Origin: Mycoplasmatota bacterium
GTDB lineage: Bacteria > Bacillota_I > Bacilli_A > RF39 > UBA660
Assembly (NCBI GenBank): GCA_022771205.1
Contig: JALFCF010000005.1
Span: 90,399-154,398, forward strand
Direction of reading: 5' to 3'
DNA length: 64,000 nucleotides
The translations under genes were made by a program, and so were the position numbers. The notes below the pieces were generated by a model that did not search any database, was not told the DNA's origin, and was given only the letters and a program-made list of their open reading frames with translations. Positions 9,237 to 20,608 of this stretch are shown here, piece by piece (within the stretch, counting starts at the first letter, position 1; each line of letters opens with the position of its first letter).

Positions 9237-11462
9237 TTACTGATAAACTGTATTCAAATCAATATATTCTAATAATTTATCAACCTTTCTCGCACCAAAA
9301 TTAGAGTAATCACAATTATCTTTCACGTATTTACATATTTTTTTCTTCCTATCCAATTCAAGTTTAGGAAATTTTTGTTCTACTTTTTGCATAATTATTT
9401 TATTAATAGTGGCTGCCGAAAAAGGTAAAAAATGTAAAACCAAGTCTATGCGATTAACAAGTTCCGAACCAAAAAATTCCCTTAAATCATTTTCAATCAA
9501 ATCTTTACTATTCTCTAAAAAACCAATTCCTTCTCTATTACTTCCCAAATTAGAAGTCATAAAGATAATAACATTAGAAAAATCCACAGAATCTCCATAA
9601 GATGTAGTCATAACCCCATCGTCTAAAACTTGTAAAAAAAGCTTTAAAACACTTGGATTTGCTTTTTCTATTTCATCTAATAGCAAAACAGCATAAGAGT
9701 GTATTTTTATTCTTTCCAAAATTGTATTCCTATCATCATAACCAACATAACCAGGAGGAGAACCAATTATTTTAGATATAGAAGTAGCATCTTTATACTC
9801 ACTCATATCTAATTTTATAAAAGCTTCTTTCGGATAAAGTAAATCGGCAAATTTACGTACTAATAAAGTTTTACCTAACCCACTTTTCCCAACAATAAGA
9901 AAACATTTCGACGCTTTTTTATTTAAGTTTTTACAAAATACAGATTTAGTCAAACTAGTAATAGCTTCTTCCTGCCCAACAACTGTTTTCTGTAACTCCC
10001 TCTTTAAAGATTCAGAATTTAATGACAAAATTTTTTTAATAGGTATCTTAGTTTTAGAATAAATAACATCATAAACAGTATCTATAGATAAAATTGGTTT
10101 AATATTACTTTGTGTTTGAATCAGAAGATTATTAATTTTGGATTGTAAAAAAGCCTCTCTTTCCCGTAAATATGTAGCTCTTTTAAAATCATGATCAACA
10201 ATAGATTTATTTTTTTCATCAATCAAATTGGTAAGCTCTAATTGAAGATTGTGAATTTTTTCATTTTCTAATGTATTCATACTAATTGTCTTTGAACAAG
10301 ATTCGTCTAATAAATCCAATGCTTTATCTGGTTGTTTTCCACTAGATATATATCTTTCTGATAAATCAGCTATAGAAAATAAAATTTCATCGGTTAATAT
10401 AACACCATGATAATTTTCATATATTTCCTTGACATTCAATAAAATAGATTTTACATTTTCTAAATCTGCCTCCATAACAATTACTTTTTGAAATCTACGA
10501 TCAAAAGCTTTATCACCTTCCAAAAACTTCATATATTCATGTTTCGTAGTTGCTCCGATTACCTTAATTTTACCTCTAGCTAAATATGGTTTTAAAATAT
10601 TGGAAGCATCTATTGCTCCTTCAGCTCCCCCAGCACCAATAATAGTATGAATTTCATCTATAAATAAAATGATATTAGAAACACTCTCTAATTCATCTAT
10701 CATCTTATTAATTCTCTCCTCAAACTCTCCACGATATTTAGTACCTGCAACTAAAGAAGAAATAGAAACACTTAAAACCCTCATATTTTTAAGTTCATTA
10801 GGAACTAAACCTAAAACTATTCTTCTGGCTAATTCCTCTACTAAAGCAGTTTTACCTACTCCCGCATCACCTATAAGTAAAGGATTACTTTTTTTTCTTC
10901 GAAGTAAAATTTCAATAATATTACAAATTTCTTCATCTCTTCCAATCACAGGATCAAAGTCGCCATTTTTTGCTGCTTGTGTAAAATCAGTAGAAAACTC
11001 TTCTATAGTTAATTTACTAAACGTATTTTTTCCTTCACATACAAGATGACTAGAAAATTGTTCATATAAATTATCTAAATCTATATTCATTCCCATCATA
11101 ATTCTATTCGCAACACCTTCTCCTTCTTCTAACAGCGACAAAAATAATTGTTCCACAGTAACATCCTTATTTTCATCTTTACTATCTAAAATAGCATTTT
11201 CAATAATCTTTTTTAATAAAGGAGTATATAGAAACCATTTAGAAATTTTTCTTCCAACTCCTATAACTTCTATAAGCTTATTTTTAAATGATGAATAAGT
11301 AATACCATTTTGTTCTAAAAAAGATAAAAATTTTTTATCAGAATAATGCAAAATAGACAACAATAAATGCTCACTACTAACATAAGGATGCTTTAATTCT
11401 TGCATCTCTTTTTTGGACATAATTAATATTTTTTGGGCTTCTTCCGTGAATTTCGAAAACAT
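9237..11462 (-). CDS. clpC: ATP-dependent Clp protease ATP-binding subunit ClpC-like (Clp-N repeats + two AAA+ modules)
   Basis: Start corrected to MFSKFTEEAQKIL (ATG at 11462 behind an AGGAGA SD). D1 Walker A is GDAGVGKT; D2 is GKSGLGKT; sensor motifs are present. No ctsR/mcsA/mcsB lies upstream. Confidence 0.8.
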   Translation of the reverse strand: MFSKFTEEAQKILIMSKKEMQELKHPYVSSEHLLLSILHYSDKKFLSFLEQNGITYSSFKNKLIEVIGVGRKISKWFLYTPLLKKIIENAILDSKDENKDVTVEQLFLSLLEEGEGVANRIMMGMNIDLDNLYEQFSSHLVCEGKNTFSKLTIEEFSTDFTQAAKNGDFDPVIGRDEEICNIIEILLRRKKSNPLLIGDAGVGKTALVEELARRIVLGLVPNELKNMRVLSVSISSLVAGTKYRGEFEERINKMIDELESVSNIILFIDEIHTIIGAGGAEGAIDASNILKPYLARGKIKVIGATTKHEYMKFLEGDKAFDRRFQKVIVMEADLENVKSILLNVKEIYENYHGVILTDEILFSIADLSERYISSGKQPDKALDLLDESCSKTISMNTLENEKIHNLQLELTNLIDEKNKSIVDHDFKRATYLREREAFLQSKINNLLIQTQSNIKPILSIDTVYDVIYSKTKIPIKKILSLNSESLKRELQKTVVGQEEAITSLTKSVFCKNLNKKASKCFLIVGKSGLGKTLLVRKFADLLYPKEAFIKLDMSEYKDATSISKIIGSPPGYVGYDDRNTILERIKIHSYAVLLLDEIEKANPSVLKLFLQVLDDGVMTTSYGDSVDFSNVIIFMTSNLGSNREGIGFLENSKDLIENDLREFFGSELVNRIDLVLHFLPFSAATINKIIMQKVEQKFPKLELDRKKKICKYVKDNCDYSNFGARKVDKLLEYIDLNTVYQ

Positions 11463-11537
11463 AATATCATCTCCTATATTTATTGTAAAAATAAGAAGAA
11501 AGAGTTTCAAGAAATAAAGTACCCAAAAAATAGACAA

Positions 11538-11562
11538 AAAAAGAGCCCTTAGACTCTTCTTA
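11538..11562 (-). terminator. intrinsic terminator after the transporter gene
   Basis: On the minus strand, AAGAG-TCTAAGGG-CTCTT hairpin followed by TTTTTTT. Confidence 0.4.
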
Positions 11563-13086
11563 CTAAATTAAAATTAAAATTGTAAATACGATTAATAATA
11601 CAACTAATAATTCTAAAACTAATTTCCAAATTGCTTTAAACCATTTAGAATATGGAATCTTTAAATAAGATAACATACCCATTAAAATCAAACTAGTTGG
11701 GGCAACTAACATAGTTAAACCATAAGCTGCTTGATATACAACTGCCATAATTGGATAATTATCAGCATTTGTAACAAGACTAGATAAATATGGTAAAGAA
11801 CTTTGGAAAGCATAAGCGATATCTCCATTAAAGAATGCAGATAAAATTGCTACTATAAAAGTAGTAAATACATTAAATCCATCTGTAATTCCTAAAATAG
11901 CTTTATAAATTACTAATTGGAATGGATGATAAGTTGTAATTACTAAAATAGTATAAATCATAATAGCAATAACAGCTGGTCCTAACGCACGCTTAGCACC
12001 TTGAACAAAACCATCTAGTACCTCGTCAAATTTAACTTTATAAATCAAAGCTAAAATAAACATAAATACCATTAATACGACAACCATATCGACTAAAGTC
12101 CAAGATCCAAATGCATTAACTGTTCCTAACAATTTGCCAAATAAAGCAAATCCAAACACTTCAAATCCAGTAACAGCAGTAGTAGCATCATCCATAGCAT
12201 TAAGTCCAAATGCACCAGACCAAGAAATAAATGCTAATACTAAAATAATGAAGATAATTGATAAAACAATAGCTAATGGCCAAACAATATGTTTCTTACC
12301 AGCTACTATCGTAGGAACATATAAATCCTCTTCTGAATCTTCTGCTGTAACTACAACTACTTCTTCTTCTCTTACAGCTGCTTTTGTATTTTTTGAAGAT
12401 TTAGCCTTAGTAGTTTTAGCAGGTTTTTTCTCTTCTTTTGCAGTAACTTTTTTTACTTTTGCTTTTTTCTCACTCTTTTGTTGTTTTCTAATATATAAAA
12501 CTGTATTTACAATCAACAGTACTACTCCTAAAAATAATACAATACATTTAGGCAACATTCCATTAGTAAATTCAGTTCCTAAAATACTTGAAAAAATACC
12601 AGTATTATTATATCCAAAAGTAGTACCTAGCATACCCATCATAGTAGAACCAACTATAGCAAGTGCTGCTACAATCTTATCAAATCCCATAAGTAAAATT
12701 AAAGATACTAACATAGGATAAAATATAATTAATCCAAGTTGTAAACCACAAATAGATGTAAGAAGAGCAATAATTACCATCATAATAGATAAAACAACTA
12801 CTTCTTTACCTTTAAATGCAGATCTTAATTTATCCAACATCGTACGATATGCACCAATTTTATTTAACACACCGTAAAATCCACCAACAGCTAATATAAA
12901 GGCTGCAATATAGCCAAAATATGATACTGCAGTAACAGGATAATTGAATAAATCAAAAAGTCCCATCTGAACGCGTCCTTGATCAACGTAACTACCTGAA
13001 TAATAAGCAGCTGGTAAAATCCAAGTAAGTAACATTAATACTAATAATGTAACAAGAACGACTTTAAATGTATTATGTTTCTTCAT
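11563..13086 (-). CDS. polytopic membrane transporter, YfcC/DcuC-like anion permease
   Basis: At least 10 predicted TM helices. Start corrected to ATG at 13086 (MKKHNTFKVV) behind GGGAGG. Contains a roughly 55-aa Lys-rich hydrophilic insertion. Confidence 0.45.
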   Translation of the reverse strand: MKKHNTFKVVLVTLLVLMLLTWILPAAYYSGSYVDQGRVQMGLFDLFNYPVTAVSYFGYIAAFILAVGGFYGVLNKIGAYRTMLDKLRSAFKGKEVVVLSIMMVIIALLTSICGLQLGLIIFYPMLVSLILLMGFDKIVAALAIVGSTMMGMLGTTFGYNNTGIFSSILGTEFTNGMLPKCIVLFLGVVLLIVNTVLYIRKQQKSEKKAKVKKVTAKEEKKPAKTTKAKSSKNTKAAVREEEVVVVTAEDSEEDLYVPTIVAGKKHIVWPLAIVLSIIFIILVLAFISWSGAFGLNAMDDATTAVTGFEVFGFALFGKLLGTVNAFGSWTLVDMVVVLMVFMFILALIYKVKFDEVLDGFVQGAKRALGPAVIAIMIYTILVITTYHPFQLVIYKAILGITDGFNVFTTFIVAILSAFFNGDIAYAFQSSLPYLSSLVTNADNYPIMAVVYQAAYGLTMLVAPTSLILMGMLSYLKIPYSKWFKAIWKLVLELLVVLLIVFTILILI

Positions 13087-13186
13087 AATTAACCTCCCAT
13101 TATCATTATACTGACATAGAAAATTTTTTACAAGCATTTGACTTCTTTTTTTATGAAAATTTCGTGAAAAGCAAAGAAAAAAGACT

Positions 13187-14668
13187 CTACATAGAGTCTT
13201 CTTCTTGCTCATTAAGTGGTCTCATCAAAGGAAATAAAATTACATCCTTAATATTTTGAGAATTAGTTAAAAGCTGAACAACACGATCAATTCCCATTCC
13301 CCAACCACTGATTGGAGGCATACCACATTCCATAGCAGAAATATAATCATGATCCATTGGCATAGCTTCTTCATCACCTTGTGCCTTTAATTTTGCTTGT
13401 TCTTCTAAACGTCTAGCCTGTTCTTGAGGATCAACAAGTTCTGAATAAGCATTAATGATTTCGGCTCCATTAATAACCAATTGAAAACGATCAGTAATAG
13501 TTGGATCATCATCATTAGCACGTGCTAATGGACTCAAACTAATTGGATGTTCTGTAAGGAATATTGGATTAACAATATGTACTCTAGCCACTTTTTTATA
13601 CAATTGATCAACTAAATTACCATAACCTAAATTTTCCAAAGGAGTTTCGCTATCTATTTCAATCTTTTCTTCTTTTATTTTATCCAATAATTTCTCCTTA
13701 GTATCATAAACTTTTATATCAATATCACTATAGCGTAAAATTAAATCTCGAAAACTAACAGCTTCCCACTCGCCGCTCAAATCTACTTCTTTGTCACCTA
13801 CAGTAATAGTCAAAGTACCAAATAATTTCATAATAATTGATTGAAGCATTTCTCTTAAAAATTTCATATTATCTTTATAATTATAGTAAGCTGCATACCC
13901 TTCAATCATAGTAAAATCCTGTAAATGAGTAGCATCTATACCCTCATTTCTAAAACATCTTGCTATTTCAAAGACTTTAGTAAATCCACCAACAACTGCA
14001 CGTTTTAAATATGTTTCAGGAGCAATTCTTAAATATAAATCTATATCTAAAGCATTATGATGAGTAATAAAAGGTTTTGCTGCTGCACCACTTGCCTTAT
14101 TATTTAAAATAGGAGTTTCAATTTCTACATAACCAGCAGCATCTAAATAATTTCTAATTTCATGAATGAAACGACTCCTAAATAAGAATTTTTTCTTAGA
14201 ATCATCATTCATAATTAAATCTAAATATCTTTCACGATAAATTGTCTCAACATCCTCTACACCATGAAACTTCTCTGGTAACGGCTTCAAAGCTTTACCT
14301 AAAAACATAATACTATTAGCACGTACTGTCTTCTCACCAGTATGAGTTGTAAAGGTTTCACCTTCTACACCAATAAAATCTCCAATATCATAATTAGCTT
14401 TAAAATCTTTATAAGCTTCTTCACCAATCATATCTAGTTTAACAGAAATTTGTATTTTTCCATGAATATCTCCAATGGTTAAGAAACTCATTTTTCCCAT
14501 CTTTCTCATTAAAATAATACGACCAGCAACCTTAACACCAGTAACTCCATCCTCTAACCTACTTGCATCACTAATTTCATAATTAACCTCAAATCTTTCA
14601 GGATAAGGTTGTTTAATATTCTTTAACTTTTCTCTTCTAACAACTTCTTGTTCACTTAACTCTCGCAT
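13187..14668 (-). CDS. lysS: lysine--tRNA ligase (class II)
   Basis: Class II motifs and OB-fold N-domain. Start set to MRELSEQE (ATG at 14668 behind AAGGAG). Confidence 0.92.
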   Translation of the reverse strand: MRELSEQEVVRREKLKNIKQPYPERFEVNYEISDASRLEDGVTGVKVAGRIILMRKMGKMSFLTIGDIHGKIQISVKLDMIGEEAYKDFKANYDIGDFIGVEGETFTTHTGEKTVRANSIMFLGKALKPLPEKFHGVEDVETIYRERYLDLIMNDDSKKKFLFRSRFIHEIRNYLDAAGYVEIETPILNNKASGAAAKPFITHHNALDIDLYLRIAPETYLKRAVVGGFTKVFEIARCFRNEGIDATHLQDFTMIEGYAAYYNYKDNMKFLREMLQSIIMKLFGTLTITVGDKEVDLSGEWEAVSFRDLILRYSDIDIKVYDTKEKLLDKIKEEKIEIDSETPLENLGYGNLVDQLYKKVARVHIVNPIFLTEHPISLSPLARANDDDPTITDRFQLVINGAEIINAYSELVDPQEQARRLEEQAKLKAQGDEEAMPMDHDYISAMECGMPPISGWGMGIDRVVQLLTNSQNIKDVILFPLMRPLNEQEEDSM

Positions 14669-15366
14669 GTTTCCATCTCCTTTACTAAACCACATCTAAC
14701 TACATCAGTATGAGCAACCATGTCATGAATTCCTTGACTTTTTTTACTAAACATCACCATAAATCCACTAATGGCAATAATAGCAAATTGTATCATACTT
14801 AAAATACCAGCTCCATAAAAATATATTGTTGCACTAGTAAATAATAAAATACCAAAACTTACCATATCAACTAAAATCGAATTGATAATTAATGATCTAA
14901 AAATCATCTGATTCATACCAAGATTACCATCTTGACTACTTACTTTAATACGCAATAATTTCTTACCAATAGTTTGTCCATTGTTTTTAACTTGAAAAAC
15001 AACAAAATATAAAATATTTAAAAATATAGTAATTAAAGAAAGGACTCCTTGCTTTCTAGCCATCTCATAACTAATACTAATACTATCACTAGTATACTCA
15101 TTAATACTAATTTTTTGAGTCATATAATCCTCAACAACTTGTGTACTAGACTCATTAAGCTTATTAATAGAATCTAAATCTAAAAAAGGATAAGAAATCA
15201 AAGATGCAACCATCGATACTATAAAAACATCTAATATAAATGCTGCTAATCTTTGAATAAAAAAGGCTTTTTCAACAGTTTCAATTTTATTACTTTTTTT
15301 AGGTTTACTTTCCTTTTTTTGTTCTTCTATCACGGAAGCCTCTTCAACTTTTTTACTTTTTGCCAT
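14656..15366 (-). CDS. RDD-family-like membrane protein with Lys-rich N-terminus
   Basis: Three or four TM helices after a charged N-terminus. Lies between dusB and lysS. Family assignment is tentative. Confidence 0.4.
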   Translation of the reverse strand: MAKSKKVEEASVIEEQKKESKPKKSNKIETVEKAFFIQRLAAFILDVFIVSMVASLISYPFLDLDSINKLNESSTQVVEDYMTQKISINEYTSDSISISYEMARKQGVLSLITIFLNILYFVVFQVKNNGQTIGKKLLRIKVSSQDGNLGMNQMIFRSLIINSILVDMVSFGILLFTSATIYFYGAGILSMIQFAIIAISGFMVMFSKKSQGIHDMVAHTDVVRCGLVKEMETCES

Positions 15367-16339
15367 CCAATTCCTCCTTAAATGTATTTAATATAGAAAT
15401 TATATCACGAATTTTAGTAGTTTGATAGATTTTATTTTTTACTATAGTTCCACCAGGAACTCCTTTTAAATACCACCCAATATGATTCCTTATTTCCAAA
15501 GTAGCAATATGTTCATTCTTAAGATTACTTAAATAATCTAAATGATGTAAAATCATAGCTATTTTATCATTCACAGAAACATTAGAATCATAATCACCAT
15601 TGTCTAAAAAAGAAATAGTATTCTGTATAAGCCAAGGATTTCCTAAAACTCCACGTCCTATCATAATAGCATCACAACTAGTTTGCTCTAACATTTTTTT
15701 AGCATCTTCTGGTGTCTTTATATCTCCATTTCCAATAACAGGTATAGAAACTGCTTCTTTTACTAATTTAATAATAGACCAATCAGCCTTACCACTATAC
15801 CCTTGACTGCGAGTCCGAGGATGAATACAAATAGCCGAAGCACCAGCTGACTCTATTACTTTGGCAACTTCTACTGCATTAATATGATTTTGATCCCATC
15901 CGCTACGAATTTTAACAGTAACCGGAATAGGAACAGATTGAACAACAGCAGAAACAATCTCATAAATTTTTTCTGGACTTTTAAGCAAAGCTGAGCCTGC
16001 CTGAGCACGAACTGCAACCTTAGGAACAGGGCATCCCATATTGATATCAATAATATCAGGATGCATATTTTCATATATATATTTAGCTGCCTGAACAAAA
16101 GATTCCTTATCACTACCAAAAATCTGTTGCACTAAAGGTCTTTCATATTCAGTCATATATAGCATATCTAAAGTTTTTTGATTCTGAAAAGCAATTGCCT
16201 TATCACTAACCATTTCAGCATAGATAAGTCCGCATCCCATCTCTTTACATATACGTCTAAAAGCAGAATTACAAATTCCTGCCATAGGAGCAAGGACAAC
16301 TTGATTTTTAATTGTAATATTCCCAATTTTCCATTCCAT
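15353..16339 (-). CDS. dusB: tRNA-dihydrouridine synthase B
   Basis: [22 protein letters not shown] ... DIINMGCP, the Dus TIM-barrel motifs. Confidence 0.85.
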   Translation of the reverse strand: MEWKIGNITIKNQVVLAPMAGICNSAFRRICKEMGCGLIYAEMVSDKAIAFQNQKTLDMLYMTEYERPLVQQIFGSDKESFVQAAKYIYENMHPDIIDINMGCPVPKVAVRAQAGSALLKSPEKIYEIVSAVVQSVPIPVTVKIRSGWDQNHINAVEVAKVIESAGASAICIHPRTRSQGYSGKADWSIIKLVKEAVSIPVIGNGDIKTPEDAKKMLEQTSCDAIMIGRGVLGNPWLIQNTISFLDNGDYDSNVSVNDKIAMILHHLDYLSNLKNEHIATLEIRNHIGWYLKGVPGGTIVKNKIYQTTKIRDIISILNTFKEELDGKK

Positions 16340-16395
16340 ATATCCAACTCCTTTTTGTAACGCTTAATATATCACAAGAACAAAAAAAAAGAAAG

Positions 16396-16830
16396 CTATT
16401 TTCCTTCTTTTAAATTGTTTTTTAATAAATCTCGAATATCTTCTAATATCAAAACTTCTTCCGTTTTCTTAGAATCCTCTTTCTTTTCTTCTTTTCTTTT
16501 AAATTTACTAAATATCTTAATCATAATAAAAATAGAAAGAGAAATAATCAAAAAATCAACGATAGATTGAACAAATAATCCATAGTCAACACTAGAACTA
16601 CCTATTTTTAATGATAAATCACTAAAATTAAGTCCACCTAAAACAACACCAATTACAGGCATCAAAAGATCTTGTACTAAACTAGTTACAATTTTACTAA
16701 ATGCACTTCCAATAATAACACCGACAGCCATATCAATGACATTGCCCCTAGAAATAAACTTTTTAAACTCACTTGCTTCCTTCTTAATTTTTTCAATTTC
16801 TTTTGTTTCTTTTATATCTATTTTTTTCAT
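16396..16830 (-). CDS. mscL: large-conductance mechanosensitive channel
   Basis: FKKFISRGNVIDMAVGVIIGSAF MscL signature. Start set to ATG at 16830. Confidence 0.8.
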   Translation of the reverse strand: MKKIDIKETKEIEKIKKEASEFKKFISRGNVIDMAVGVIIGSAFSKIVTSLVQDLLMPVIGVVLGGLNFSDLSLKIGSSSVDYGLFVQSIVDFLIISLSIFIMIKIFSKFKRKEEKKEDSKKTEEVLILEDIRDLLKNNLKEGK

Positions 16831-16877
16831 ATTACTGCACTCCCTATAAAAATTATAACACAAAAAAAAGAAGCAAA

Positions 16878-18860
16878 CTAATTATTTGCTTCATCTAATT
16901 CTTTCAATAATTCTGCTTTATTCATTTTAGAATAACCCTTAATTCCTTTATCTTTAGCAATTTCTTTTAGCTTAGTAACAGACATTTTTTCATAACTAGT
17001 TTCATCTGTTTCTTCAGGCATATGACCGTTTTTTACTAAATAATCAATTTGCTCTTTTGTTAAAGTTTCATATTCTAACAATGTATTAGCAATAAGTTCA
17101 AGTAAATCTTTGTTTTTATTAATAATTTCTTTTGCTTGTTTATGACAATTATTAATTATTTTTCTCATTTCCATATCAATCTCATTGGCCACTTCATTAG
17201 AAAAATGTTGAGCTTTGTTATAATCACGTCCTAAGAAAACACTACCTTCTTGTTGTTCAAACTGAAGAGGTCCTAAATCACTCATACCATATTCAGTAAC
17301 CATAGATCTTGCAATTTTAGTAGCTTTTTCAAAATCATTATGAGCTCCTGTTGTAATCTCTCCAAAAATAATTTCCTCAGCAGAACGTCCACCTAAAAGT
17401 CCAGTAATTTCTTCTAATAAATCTGTCTTAGTAGAACATAATTTTTCTTCACTAGGAACCATCATGTTATAGCCACCAGCAGATCCACGTGGAATAATAG
17501 TAACTTTTTGAACATCATTAGCATGAGCCAACTTCAATCCAATAACGGCATGTCCAGCTTCATGATAAGCGACTAAACGACGATCACTTTCACTATATTT
17601 ATGAGACGTTTTAGCAGGTCCCATAAGAACACGATCGGTTGCTTCATCAATTTCACTCATAGTAATTTTGTCTTTATTACGACGAACAGCTAAAAGAGCT
17701 GCTTCATTAAGTAAATTTTCAAGATCTGCCCCACTAAAACCAGGAGTACGTTTAGCCAAATTACTTAATGTAATACCATCAGCTAAGATTTTGTTCTTAG
17801 CATGAACAGCTAAAATTTCTTCACGTCCTTTTACATCTGGCAAATTAACAGTAACTTGTCTATCAAAACGACCTGGACGTAATAAAGCTGGATCCAATAC
17901 ATCCGGACGGTTAGTAGCTGCTATAATAATAATTCCTTCATTAGCTCCAAACCCATCCATTTCAGTAAGTAACTGATTTAGTGTTTGTTCACGTTCATCA
18001 TGTCCTCCACCTAATCCAGTACCACGCTGACGACCAACAGCATCAATTTCATCAATAAAAATTAAACATGGTGCATTTCTTTTTGCTTGTTGAAACATAT
18101 CACGAACACGACTAGCACCTACACCAACAAATAATTCTACAAAATCAGAACCACTAATAAAGTAGAAAGGAACATTAGCTTCACCAGCGACAGCTTTAGC
18201 AAGCAAAGTTTTTCCAGTACCTGGAGGACCAAATAATAACACACCTTTAGGAATTCTAGCTCCAAGCTTTTGAAATTTTTTTGGATTTTTCAAAAAATCA
18301 ATTAATTCCTTTACCTCTTCTTTTTCTTCTTTTAAACCAGCAACATCTTTAAATGTTACTTTATTAGAATCACTATTTAATCTCGCTTTACTTTTTCCAA
18401 AATCCATAGAACTCTTATTACCAGCCATTTGTCTACTAAAGAAGAAGAAAGCAAAACCAATTATCAAGACAAATGGTAAAACATTGAAAACTAATAACCA
18501 AAAAGATGAAGAATCTGGATCAGCTTCTGCCTCTAATTGAAAACCTCTTTCTTCGCTTGCATTAACAATTTTCTTCATAACTTCATCACTAAGTGGTAAA
18601 CGAGCAAAAAAAGTTTCATTATTATCATAATCTTTCAAACTTCCACGAACTTCATAAGTATAAGCACTACCACGAGCAGTAATTTGTACTTCTTCAACAT
18701 TACCCTTATTTAACTCTGACATAAATTCATTATAAGTTAAAATATTTACATCATTATTCATAACATTAACAACATAAAAAACTCCAAGCATAATTAATGC
18801 CAAGAATAAATAGGGTAATAATCCTTTTTTGATAGTTTTTTTATCTATTGTTTTATTCAC
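16878..18860 (-). CDS. ftsH: ATP-dependent zinc metalloprotease FtsH with Rho-N/SAP-like C-terminal tail
   Basis: AAA+ module (GPPGTGKT), HEAGH zinc site, two N-terminal TM helices. C-terminus [28 protein letters not shown] resembles the Rho N-terminal helix-hairpin. Confidence 0.9.
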   Translation of the reverse strand: MNKTIDKKTIKKGLLPYLFLALIMLGVFYVVNVMNNDVNILTYNEFMSELNKGNVEEVQITARGSAYTYEVRGSLKDYDNNETFFARLPLSDEVMKKIVNASEERGFQLEAEADPDSSSFWLLVFNVLPFVLIIGFAFFFFSRQMAGNKSSMDFGKSKARLNSDSNKVTFKDVAGLKEEKEEVKELIDFLKNPKKFQKLGARIPKGVLLFGPPGTGKTLLAKAVAGEANVPFYFISGSDFVELFVGVGASRVRDMFQQAKRNAPCLIFIDEIDAVGRQRGTGLGGGHDEREQTLNQLLTEMDGFGANEGIIIIAATNRPDVLDPALLRPGRFDRQVTVNLPDVKGREEILAVHAKNKILADGITLSNLAKRTPGFSGADLENLLNEAALLAVRRNKDKITMSEIDEATDRVLMGPAKTSHKYSESDRRLVAYHEAGHAVIGLKLAHANDVQKVTIIPRGSAGGYNMMVPSEEKLCSTKTDLLEEITGLLGGRSAEEIIFGEITTGAHNDFEKATKIARSMVTEYGMSDLGPLQFEQQEGSVFLGRDYNKAQHFSNEVANEIDMEMRKIINNCHKQAKEIINKNKDLLELIANTLLEYETLTKEQIDYLVKNGHMPEETDETSYEKMSVTKLKEIAKDKGIKGYSKMNKAELLKELDEANN

Positions 18861-18872
18861 TATATTTCCTCC

Positions 18873-20183
18873 TTAACTATATCTTAATATTATATCATAC
18901 TTTTCTGTCTTTTTCTTATCATATTTAGACTTTTTTAAACCAGGAAGCCAAACAACTACACCCTTAGAATCAACAACAACCGGCCAAAGATCTCTTTCTG
19001 AAGATGACACTTTCTTATCTATAAATATATCCTTAATTTTTTTCGTACCATTTCCCTTAATAGACATTCGATCTCCAAATTTTCTAGTTCGAACAGTAAG
19101 TGGCAAATTAATTTCTGAACTTAACAAACGGCAAGTATCATTACCACTACCTACCAAATCTGCCACCTCTTCAATAACGTGATGATTAGGCAAAAGAACA
19201 TATTTAGAAAGTTCTACTTCATAAGTAGTAATTTCAGTTGTAACTTTTTTCAATTCTAGTTCTTGATAAGTCTTAGTTGCAATAACTTCATTAGGCAAAT
19301 TAACAAAAGCATTTGCTCTATTACTATATATTAAATTTAATAAAAGTTCAATATGTTTATCATTAATTAATATCAAATCATCCTGATAGAAATCATTCAT
19401 CATATAATATAAAATTTCTTTTTGAATAAAAGAATCTAATTCCTTAAAAATATCTATTTTTAAAATATTATTATTAATCACTTTCTTTAAAGCTTTATCT
19501 CGTTCATGTTCAATAAATTGATTAGCCTCATTCAAAACTGTACTAAATTTTAAATATTTTAGATGAATATTACAATCTTCTTCTTTCAAAAAAGGAAGAA
19601 CATATTTACGATAACGATTTCTAGTATATTTATCTTTAGCATTAGAATCATCAATATAGTACATAATATGATTCTTTTTGTCATAATCTTCTAGTTCTTG
19701 CTTAGTATAAGATAACAAAGGTCGAACAATCTTATATTCCCCTTTATCTACTATCTTTTTAAAACCACTATACCCATTCAAATTGGAACCACGAGTAATA
19801 CGCATTAAAACTGTCTCCACCAAGTCATCACCATGATGAGCTGTCATTAAATAATTAGCATGATATTTATAAACTACTTTTTCAAAAAAATCATAGCGAA
19901 TATTTCTAGCTTCATTATGAAAGTTATCGTCTCCATACTCTGTTATCATCATACATTCAAACATAACTTTCTTTTTTTCACAATAATTTCTTAAATATTC
20001 TTCCTCTTGGACACTTTGCTTACGCAAATTATGATTTACATGGGCAACTATTAAATTTAAAGAATATTTCTCTCGAATTCTTAATAACATATCAATCAAC
20101 GCCATAGAATCAGGACCTGCAGAACATCCAACAACAATAGTATCTTCTTTATGAAAAACAAAATTATCTTCTATTGACAACAT
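18873..20183 (-). CDS. tilS: tRNA(Ile)-lysidine synthetase
   Basis: SGGPDS-type PP-loop (CSAGPDS). Confidence 0.8.
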   Translation of the reverse strand: MLSIEDNFVFHKEDTIVVGCSAGPDSMALIDMLLRIREKYSLNLIVAHVNHNLRKQSVQEEEYLRNYCEKKKVMFECMMITEYGDDNFHNEARNIRYDFFEKVVYKYHANYLMTAHHGDDLVETVLMRITRGSNLNGYSGFKKIVDKGEYKIVRPLLSYTKQELEDYDKKNHIMYYIDDSNAKDKYTRNRYRKYVLPFLKEEDCNIHLKYLKFSTVLNEANQFIEHERDKALKKVINNNILKIDIFKELDSFIQKEILYYMMNDFYQDDLILINDKHIELLLNLIYSNRANAFVNLPNEVIATKTYQELELKKVTTEITTYEVELSKYVLLPNHHVIEEVADLVGSGNDTCRLLSSEINLPLTVRTRKFGDRMSIKGNGTKKIKDIFIDKKVSSSERDLWPVVVDSKGVVVWLPGLKKSKYDKKKTEKYDIILRYS

Positions 20184-20224
20184 AAAATACCTCCTTTAGT
20201 AAACTCAGAAAAAAAGAAACTTCT

Positions 20225-20524
20225 TTATTCTTCAGGAATTTTCAAAATAAATTCTCCATCTTTAGAATAAAGATATTTCTCTCTAGCATATCTAGCTATA
20301 TAATCCGGATCTTGCAGTTTATTAGCATCAACCTTTAATTTTTTCTCTTTATTTTTTAAAGAAATCAATTCTTTTTCCAATTCTTTTTTTTCTTGATATT
20401 TATCATAAATTTCTATCCAATACTTACCAATAGTAAAAGTAGTAATACCTATAACAAAGACAGAGGTTAATCCTAAAAAAAGCATTCTTCTACGCCTTTT
20501 TGTTTTCGCCTTAGATTTAGCCAT
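20225..20524 (-). CDS. divIC: septum formation initiator family (DivIC/FtsB-like)
   Basis: Basic N-terminus, single TM, then a coiled coil (ELEKELISLKNKEKKL). Position yabP-yabQ-divIC. Start ATG at 20524 behind GGTGG. Confidence 0.55.
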   Translation of the reverse strand: MAKSKAKTKRRRRMLFLGLTSVFVIGITTFTIGKYWIEIYDKYQEKKELEKELISLKNKEKKLKVDANKLQDPDYIARYAREKYLYSKDGEFILKIPEE

Positions 20525-20608
20525 ATTACCACCTACTCTTTCACAATAAATTATAAACCAGATTAAAGTATAGAGCAACAATACCCCAAAAAAAAGAGAA
20601 ATTTGACA

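Noticed and set aside
12134-12721. Antisense or overlapping ORFs in the six-frame track (e.g. 1451..1633+, 1784..2146+, 9409..9600+, 10669..11049+, 12134..12721+, 15600..15806+, 36466..36693+, 53662..54042-, 54595..55020-, 57570..57800-, 58152..58391-, 61352..61651-, 61874..62146-, 63394..63663-)
   Set aside because: All lie opposite or out of frame within well-supported conserved genes. They have low-complexity or hydrophobic translations typical of shadow ORFs in AT-rich DNA, and none has an SD.
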